This document shows positions 35,802 to 42,015 of a DNA stretch of 42,015 nucleotides, piece by piece (positions within the stretch are counted from its first letter, which is position 1; each line of letters begins with the position of its first letter). The position numbers and the translations under genes were made by a program. The notes under the pieces are model-generated. The model worked only from the letters and a program-made list of their open reading frames with translations, had not been told where the DNA came from and ran no database searches. This stretch comes from a virus (Duplodnaviria; Caudoviricetes). The stretch covers positions 1 through 42,015 of IMG/VR virus record IMGVR_UViG_3300049144_000094. One strand, given 5' to 3'.

Positions 35802-36748
35802 CCGCCACCCTGCCCGCCGGATACGCCACCCCCGCCGCGCACCAGATCCTCGACATCGACGTCGACCGCGACACCTGGCTCGCCGCCCGACGCCTCGGCA
35901 TCTGCGGCTCCGACACCCCCATCCTCTTCGACGACACCAAGTACGACCGGTCCCGCTACGGCCTCTGGCTGGAGAAAACCGGCTACGCCCTCGACGAACC
36001 CGAAAACGACGCCATGCGCCGCGGCAACTGGCTCGAAGCCCACCTCGCCGACTGGTTCGCCAACGAAACCGGCCTGCCCGTCGAACGCTGCGGCATGCTC
36101 GTCTCCAACGAACGCGACCACCTCCGCACCAACATCGATCGGCTCGTCGGCGACGGCGGCATCCTGGAGATCAAAACCCACGGCGTCTACACCGACATCG
36201 CGAAGGAATGGCGCCACGGCGGCATCTCCAGCGCCGCGTACCTCCAAGGCCAGCAGCAGCTCGCCGTCACCGGCCTCGACCACGCCTACTTCGTCGCGTT
36301 CATCGACCCCACCCCGCACCTGCGCGGCCCCATCCCCCGCGACGAAACCCTGATCGCCGAGATCCTCGCCCGGGCCGACGACTTCTGGATCAACCACGTC
36401 ATCCCCGAGGTCCCGCCCGACGTCGACCTCGCGACCATCACCGACGCCGAGCTCGCGCTCCGCTGGCCCACCGCGGTCACCGGCACCACGGTCGAAGCCG
36501 AGTACCCGCACCACGTGCTCGCGCTCCTCGAGGAACGCGCCGAACTCAAGGCCGAGACGAAGGCAACGAAGGCCCGGCTCGACGAGATCGACGCCGCGCT
36601 GAAGGTGTTCGTCGGCGACGCCGAAGTCCTCACCATCGACGGCCAGCCCGTCATGACCTACCGCAACACATCCCGCGCCGCGTACACGGTGCCCGCCAGC
36701 ACCGGCCGCCGCATCCACATCCCGAACAGGAAGCCAGCCCACCGATGA
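35798..36748 (+). CDS. YqaJ-like (lambda-exo family) exonuclease
   Basis: WLAARRLGICGSD...W.EKTG...MRRGN.LE...NIDR...LEIKT...Y..Q.Q.QL.VTG. Confidence 0.92.
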   Translation: MTATLPAGYATPAAHQILDIDVDRDTWLAARRLGICGSDTPILFDDTKYDRSRYGLWLEKTGYALDEPENDAMRRGNWLEAHLADWFANETGLPVERCGMLVSNERDHLRTNIDRLVGDGGILEIKTHGVYTDIAKEWRHGGISSAAYLQGQQQLAVTGLDHAYFVAFIDPTPHLRGPIPRDETLIAEILARADDFWINHVIPEVPPDVDLATITDAELALRWPTAVTGTTVEAEYPHHVLALLEERAELKAETKATKARLDEIDAALKVFVGDAEVLTIDGQPVMTYRNTSRAAYTVPASTGRRIHIPNRKPAHR

Positions 36749-37875
36749 CGACCAGCACCGAACTCGCCCGCCGCGCCGAGCCCGCTGGCTCCCTCGCCCT
36801 CGACCCCGGCCAGACCCAGTGGACCGACGTCCAGCGCGCCGCCCTCGCCCAGCTGAAGCTGCAGGACGCCCCCGAGGCCGACCTCGCCGTGTTCCTGCAC
36901 CACTGCCAGCGAACCGGCCTCGACCCGTTCGCCCGCCAGATCTACATGATCGCCCGCTGGGACAGCCAGCTGAAGCGCGAGATCTACACCATCCAGACCG
37001 GCATCGACGGTTTCCGGAGCATCGCCGAGACCCACCCGCAGTACGACGGCCAGATCGGCCCGCAGTGGTGCGGCCCGGACGGTAGCTGGACCGACGTGTG
37101 GCTGAAGGCGGGCCCGCCGACGGCCGCGCGCGTCGGCATCGTCCGCAAGGACCGACGTGAGCCGATCTGGGGTGTGGCGCTTTTCCAGGAGTACGCCGGC
37201 ACGGTCAAGAGCGGCGACGGCTACAAGCTGAACAGCATGTGGCGCACCAAACCCGCCCACATGATCGCGAAGTGCGCCGAGGCGCTGGGACTGCGCAAGG
37301 CGTTCCCGAAGCGGCTCGCCGGCCTGTACACGCCCGAGGAGGTCGAGTACGAGGACCTGCAGCGCCACACGGCCGAGCGCACCGACGGCGCCGCGGCCGG
37401 CGAGCCGACCGGCCGGCCGGAGGAGATCGACTGGGAGTCCAAACTGGCTGCCGCCGTCGGCGACGTGAAGGCGTTGCAGGACCTGTACAAGCTCGCCGCC
37501 GCGATGGTCCCGAACGACCACGCGCTCGCCGACCGGATCGCGAAGGCCGGTCAGGAAGCCAAGGCCGCGGGCGATGCGCCGGTGGACGCCGAGGTCGTCG
37601 ACGAGCCGGACGCGGAGCGGATGTCGACGGATGCGCAACTGACGGCGATCGCGGCGGCGCTCGGCGGTCATGGCGTCACCGACCGGGACGACCGACTCGC
37701 GGTGGTGTCGTTCCTGATCGGGACCCGGGTCGAGACGACGAAGGCGCTGACGCTGTCGGAGGCCAGCTCGGTCATCGACACGTTGAACCAGCTCGACGAG
37801 ACCGGGCAGATCAAGGACACCATCCGCGACGCGCTCGCCGCATGGAAGACCGGCGAGGAGGCCAGCCGTGGCTGA
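36745..37875 (+). CDS. bet: Bet/RecT-like single-strand annealing protein
   Basis: CQRTGLDPFARQIY...IQTGIDGFRSIA...MW...P..MIAKCAEALGLRKAFP..L.GLYT.EE. Confidence 0.92.
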   Translation: MTTSTELARRAEPAGSLALDPGQTQWTDVQRAALAQLKLQDAPEADLAVFLHHCQRTGLDPFARQIYMIARWDSQLKREIYTIQTGIDGFRSIAETHPQYDGQIGPQWCGPDGSWTDVWLKAGPPTAARVGIVRKDRREPIWGVALFQEYAGTVKSGDGYKLNSMWRTKPAHMIAKCAEALGLRKAFPKRLAGLYTPEEVEYEDLQRHTAERTDGAAAGEPTGRPEEIDWESKLAAAVGDVKALQDLYKLAAAMVPNDHALADRIAKAGQEAKAAGDAPVDAEVVDEPDAERMSTDAQLTAIAAALGGHGVTDRDDRLAVVSFLIGTRVETTKALTLSEASSVIDTLNQLDETGQIKDTIRDALAAWKTGEEASRG

Positions 37876-38155
37876 CCGTCCGATGACGAAGCCTTGCATC
37901 CGCTGCGACGGCTGCGGCCAGCTCGCCGACAGCAAGGACCGCGAGCCCTGGACCGCGTGGACATCGCTGCCCCTCTCCTCTGCGTGCGCGGTCACCAGCG
38001 GCCTCGTCAAGCCGATGCCGTGCGACCAGTGCGGCGGCAGCGGAGTCACCTACCAGAGTGACGTCTACGGCGCCGTTGCGCTGCTCGCGGGCTACGGCAT
38101 CACCGGCGAGATGTTTGAGGCGTTGGTTAATGCGCGGGAGGCCAGCCGTGGCTGA
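37868..38155 (+). CDS. small Zn-finger protein (CxxCxGxG x2)
   Basis: CIRCDGCG and CDQCGGSG; GGAGG RBS. Confidence 0.7.
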   Translation: MADRPMTKPCIRCDGCGQLADSKDREPWTAWTSLPLSSACAVTSGLVKPMPCDQCGGSGVTYQSDVYGAVALLAGYGITGEMFEALVNAREASRG

Positions 38156-38540
38156 GACCGTCCACGAGGAGATGCTCCGCCGCGCCGCCGGGATCATCGA
38201 CCGCGCCGAGCTCACCGGCGAAGTCGTCTCTTGGCTCGACGACTACCGCACCTGGGTCGCCAACGGCAGCCCCCGCGACGGCTTCGAGTACGTCTGGCTG
38301 CCCGAGGACGACCCGCGCTGGGAAACTCTGCCCGAGCCCGACAGCCGCTACCGGTGCCGCGGGCAGCGCGGCTGCACCGCCGCCCCCGTCGTCCGGCTCA
38401 ACCGCGCAGGCGGCGCCCGGCCGAACGCCGCCGCGCCGCCGCGCTGGTGGTACTACTGCGAGCTGCACGCGTTCGGTCGCCGCCTTGTCGACGGCCAGCT
38501 CGAGGTCCGCCGGCTCCGCCCGAAAGGAGCAGAGGCGTGA
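38148..38540 (+). CDS. hypothetical Cys/His protein
   Basis: GGAGG RBS; CRGQRGC...WWYYCELH. Confidence 0.65.
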   Translation: MAETVHEEMLRRAAGIIDRAELTGEVVSWLDDYRTWVANGSPRDGFEYVWLPEDDPRWETLPEPDSRYRCRGQRGCTAAPVVRLNRAGGARPNAAAPPRWWYYCELHAFGRRLVDGQLEVRRLRPKGAEA

Positions 38541-39079
38541 AGCGCGGCGCCGTGCTCAGCCCCTGCAGCACCTACCGCTACGAGCTGACCCGCCGCTGGG
38601 CCGAGGGCGACGACATCGTCACCTGGATCATGCTCAACCCCAGCACTGCCGACGCAGACGTCGATGACCCCACCATCCGCCGCTGCATCGACTTCTCCAT
38701 CCGCTGGGGCTGCGCCGGCCTCGTCGTTCGCAACCTGTTCGCACTCCGCGCCACCGACCCGCGTGAACTTGGCCGGCACCCCGACCCGGTGGGGCCCGAG
38801 AACGACACCTACCTCACGCGGCCAGCGGCCGGGGCGACGATCGCGGCATGGGGCGTCAGCGGTGGCCACGTCGCCCACGAGCGCGCCGGCATCGTTCTCG
38901 ACCTGCTGCGCGCTCGCAAGACGTGGCCGTTGTGCGTCGCGCTGACGCACGGCGGCGCACCCCGGCACCCGCTCTACCTCCCCGCTACGGCGCTACCGCG
39001 ACCGCTGCCCGGCGGTGACCGTCCACCGGTCGAGCTACCCGGCCAGGCTGCCCTGTTCGGCCACGAGGCCACCGCATGA
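38537..39079 (+). CDS. DUF1643 family protein
   Basis: YRYELTRRW, IMLNPSTAD...DDPTIRRC, NLFALRATDP, AAWG, PRHPLY. Confidence 0.9.
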   Translation: MKRGAVLSPCSTYRYELTRRWAEGDDIVTWIMLNPSTADADVDDPTIRRCIDFSIRWGCAGLVVRNLFALRATDPRELGRHPDPVGPENDTYLTRPAAGATIAAWGVSGGHVAHERAGIVLDLLRARKTWPLCVALTHGGAPRHPLYLPATALPRPLPGGDRPPVELPGQAALFGHEATA

Positions 39080-39303
39080 TCACCGAGCCCGGGAAAGCCG
39101 CCCGCGACCACCGGCGCCTCAACGCACACGACGCCCGCGCCTGGCTCGTCTACTACGTCGCCGCCTGCGAACGCGACGCCGACCACCCCGCCGGCGCCGA
39201 CCGGCCCGCCGACCCCGCCACGCTCCGGCGCGTCGTCGCGGAACTCTCCAGCATGCTCCGCCGCTGGGACGTCGCCCACGACGGCCACAACACGCCCCCG
39301 TAG
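39076..39303 (+). CDS. hypothetical protein
   Basis: ATGA coupling; codon usage. Confidence 0.6.
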   Translation: MITEPGKAARDHRRLNAHDARAWLVYYVAACERDADHPAGADRPADPATLRRVVAELSSMLRRWDVAHDGHNTPP

Positions 39304-39358
39304 CCCAGCCCGGGCACCGAGCACGACCTGAACCAGCACGACCAGAAAGGCCTGTCGG

Positions 39359-40483
39359 GTGGGCAACAAGATCTCACGCTGGGCTGAACGGCAGCTCCCG
39401 CGGCTGCGCAGCACCGGAGAAAAGCTCGTCCTCATGGTCCTCGCCAACACGGCCGACCACGACGGTCTCTGCCCCGCCGAGACCTCCATCGCCACCGTCG
39501 CCCAACGCACCACGCTCGCGAAAAGCAGCGCCGCCCGCGCGCTGCTGCGGCTGCGTGACGCCGGCGTCCTGCATATCGAACCCCAGCACGACGAGACCGG
39601 CGCGACGATCAAGAACGTCTACCAACTCGCGATCAAGGGGGGTACCGAAAACGAGTACACCCCTGTACCGAAAACGAGTACACCCCCTGTACCGAAAACG
39701 AGTACAGACCCGTACTCGAAACGAGTACCCCCCGTACCGGGAATGAGTACACCTCTGACCTGCGAAAACGCGGAGGGTGTACTCAGAACGAGACAGCCCA
39801 CCTCTTCTATACATCCTTCGGATGTAGCAGCCCCGCGCACGCCCGCACCCGCGCGCACGCCCACGCGCGTACACGATGCGCCCGCGCGCGAGCAACCACC
39901 ACCTGAAAAAACGCAGCGACGACGAGCACTCGAACACCTCGACGCCACCGCCCACCATCCCGACACCCACCGACTCATCACCGCCTGGATCAGTGGCCAC
40001 ACCACCCAGCAGTCCCGCACCCTCATCGAGCAGATGACCCGACTCGTCGACGGGTGTGTCCGCGGCGGCTACGACACCGACTGCCTCGCCGCCGCCCTCG
40101 CCACCTGGAACGCCCGTCCCGACCTCGGCTCCCCCCGTGCCCTCCAGTTCCTCTACGACGACGCCGTGTCCCGCAAGAACGGCGGCGCCGATCCCGACGC
40201 CCCGCTCATCGATCACAACGGCTACCCCCGCATCAACCCCCAGGGCATCCCCGACGACTACCTGACCCGCGCTGTCGTCGACCGCGTCCTCGGCCCCGAC
40301 AGCCAACCTCCTGCTCGCTACCCCGGCGACGCCGACGACATCGACTACACCGACCCCGCCGCAGCCCAGGCCCGTCGCGACTTCTTCGCCGCCCACGCCG
40401 AGACCCGTCTCAGCGAACGCCGCGCCGAAGTCCGCCGCGTCCTCGTCCGCGCCTGGAACCGACGAGGTGCCGCATCCGCATGA
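39359..40483 (+). CDS. replication initiator (N-terminal winged HTH, lambda O-like layout)
   Basis: EKLVLMVLAN.AD..G.C...SIATVAQRT.L.KSS..RAL..L; internal iterons; coupled to dnaB. Confidence 0.8.
   Translation: MGNKISRWAERQLPRLRSTGEKLVLMVLANTADHDGLCPAETSIATVAQRTTLAKSSAARALLRLRDAGVLHIEPQHDETGATIKNVYQLAIKGGTENEYTPVPKTSTPPVPKTSTDPYSKRVPPVPGMSTPLTCENAEGVLRTRQPTSSIHPSDVAAPRTPAPARTPTRVHDAPAREQPPPEKTQRRRALEHLDATAHHPDTHRLITAWISGHTTQQSRTLIEQMTRLVDGCVRGGYDTDCLAAALATWNARPDLGSPRALQFLYDDAVSRKNGGADPDAPLIDHNGYPRINPQGIPDDYLTRAVVDRVLGPDSQPPARYPGDADDIDYTDPAAAQARRDFFAAHAETRLSERRAEVRRVLVRAWNRRGAASA
39642..39750. repeat. five 17-bp iterons (probable replication origin)
   Basis: GTACCGAAAACGAGTAC at 39642, 39665 and 39689; variants GTACTCGAAACGAGTAC (39712) and GTACCGGGAATGAGTAC (39734); period 22-24 bp. 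Confidence 0.85.
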
Positions 40484-41805
40484 CCGACATCACCGCACAG
40501 CAACCGCCACAAGACCTCGCCGCCGAAACCAGCCTCCTCGGCGCGCTCCTGCACTACCCCAAAAGCGTCGTCGACGTCGCTGAACGACTCCAGCCCGAGG
40601 AGTTCTACCGGCCCGCGCACCAGGCGATCTACCGCGCAATCCTCGCCGTCCACGCCGCCGGTAACGCCCCGGACCCGACCACCGTCGGCGAGCAGCTCAC
40701 CGCCACCGGCGAGTTCGAGCGCTGCGGCGGTGCCCCGTATCTGATCGACCTCTTCGGCCAGGCCATGGCGGCAACGAACCTCGACTACTTCGCCGAGATC
40801 ATCGCCGGGAAAGCCGCGCAGCGTCGCCTCGCCGAAGCCGCGACGTTGGTGTTTCAGCTTGCCCACCGCGACGTCCTCGCCGACGAAGTCGCCGCGCTGC
40901 TCGAGCACGCCCGCGGCGTCGTCGACCAGGCCACCACCGTCTACGCGCGCCGCGGCGACCACCAAGGCGACTGGATCGGCGACCTCGCCGCGGCCCGCCT
41001 CGAGCAGTACCGGCAGCCGCGGCCACCCGCGGTGCCGACCGGGTTCCCCGACCTCGACGCGATCCTCGACGGCGGTCTGCGGCCCGGGACGTTCACCGTC
41101 ATCGGCGCCCGCCCGTCGGTGGGCAAGTCGATCCTCGGGGAGCAGATCGCGCTGCACGCCGTCCGCGACCAGGAGACGGGGGTGCTGTTCGCGTCGCTCG
41201 AGATGACCCGGGCAGAGGTCATGGACCGGGCGTTCGCGCAGCTCGCCAAGATCGAACTGTCGAACCTGACCCGCCACAAGCTCACCGAGCGCGAGTGGGA
41301 GCAGCTGCGGTACTGGGCCGCCCAGCTCCGCGAGGTGCCGCTGCGGGTCGAGGACACCCCGCACATGTCGATGGCGAAACTCCGCGGCCTCGCCCGCGAC
41401 CTCACCCGCCACCCGGCCGGCTGCGGCCTGGTCGTCGCCGACTACTTGCAGCTGATGACCTCGGGGAAGCGGTCGGAGTCGCGGCAGATCGAGGTCGCCG
41501 AGTTCTCCCGGCAGCTGAAGTTGCTCGCGAAGGAGCTTGAGGCGCCGGTGGTGGCGTTGGCGCAGCTGAACCGGGACGTGGAGAAGCGGACGACGCCGAA
41601 GCCGACGATGGCGGATCTGCGGGAGTCGGGCGGGATCGAGCAGGACGCGGACAACATCTTGCTGCTGTGGAACGACCCGCAGCGGGAGGGTGAGCGGCAG
41701 CTGCATGTGGCGAAGAACCGGCAGGGGCCGGTGGGGGATGTGTCGTTGTCGTGGTCGCCGCACTACGCCCGGGCGGGGTCGCTGACGCGTCTGCACTCGG
41801 CCTGA
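40480..41805 (+). CDS. dnaB: replicative DNA helicase DnaB
   Basis: PPQDLAAE..LLG, GARPSVGKS, SLEM, DYLQLM, LAQLNR, DLRESGGIEQDAD, AKNRQGP. Confidence 0.96.
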   Translation: MTDITAQQPPQDLAAETSLLGALLHYPKSVVDVAERLQPEEFYRPAHQAIYRAILAVHAAGNAPDPTTVGEQLTATGEFERCGGAPYLIDLFGQAMAATNLDYFAEIIAGKAAQRRLAEAATLVFQLAHRDVLADEVAALLEHARGVVDQATTVYARRGDHQGDWIGDLAAARLEQYRQPRPPAVPTGFPDLDAILDGGLRPGTFTVIGARPSVGKSILGEQIALHAVRDQETGVLFASLEMTRAEVMDRAFAQLAKIELSNLTRHKLTEREWEQLRYWAAQLREVPLRVEDTPHMSMAKLRGLARDLTRHPAGCGLVVADYLQLMTSGKRSESRQIEVAEFSRQLKLLAKELEAPVVALAQLNRDVEKRTTPKPTMADLRESGGIEQDADNILLLWNDPQREGERQLHVAKNRQGPVGDVSLSWSPHYARAGSLTRLHSA

Positions 41806-41953
41806 AGACTTTTCGGCGCTGAGAGCGCCGTAGAGGCGCCGAGCGGGACCGAACGCCTCGTTAGGACGCGAACGCCCCTGATCGCTTCTCAGGGCCGCCT
41901 GTGGCCCGCAATAACCCGCATGTCCGCCAATTGAGGGAACCGGGTCGAAGCCC

Positions 41954-41986
41954 TTGCAGGTTTACAGAAGGTTACGTAACCTTCTA
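41954..41986 (+). promoter_or_regulatory. second repressor-controlled promoter with perfect 20-bp palindrome
   Basis: TTGCAG-N17-TAACCT; AGAAGGTTACGTAACCTTCT at 41966-41985; 26/33 identical to the cro promoter. Confidence 0.75.
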
Positions 41987-42015
41987 GGCGTTCCTAGCGA
42001 TACAGCCCACGACAC

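Noticed and set aside
39642-39750. Regularly spaced repeats as a CRISPR array
   Set aside because: The spacers are only 5-7 nt, the array lies within a coding gene and there are no cas genes; iterons fit better
41985-42015. Window as a complete circle joining 42015 to 1
   Set aside because: Joining the ends gives no start codon for the ORF at 3-272 before an in-frame TAG, and there is no terminal overlap; part of the right arm is probably missing

Overview
High-GC temperate siphovirus of an actinomycete host, covering most of a genome. No lysin B is visible, which suggests a host without mycolic acids (inference). Gene order: end of the right arm (small ORFs, HNH) > probable cos region (~2.5-2.6 kb) > terminase, portal, capsid, neck and tail genes, including a tail chaperone with a -1 frameshift and a 1784-aa tape measure with NlpC/P60 and SLT motifs > minor tail genes > lysis cassette (membrane proteins, GH25 endolysin, holin) > second tail-appendage module (LamG-like, BNR sialidase-like) > uninterrupted attP-like region and tyrosine integrase > accessory cassette > repressor/Cro switch > Xis, YqaJ/Bet recombination, DUF1643, replication initiator with five internal iterons, DnaB. 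The most notable element is a self-contained leftward three-gene cassette (small DUF397-like protein, DUF6879-like protein, XRE-DUF5753 WhiJ/Scr1-like regulator). It has back-to-back TTGACC promoters that each carry an 18-bp operator-like motif, and the divergent promoter reads into a strong hairpin that is a candidate small RNA. All family calls come from motif recognition by eye; no database searches were run.
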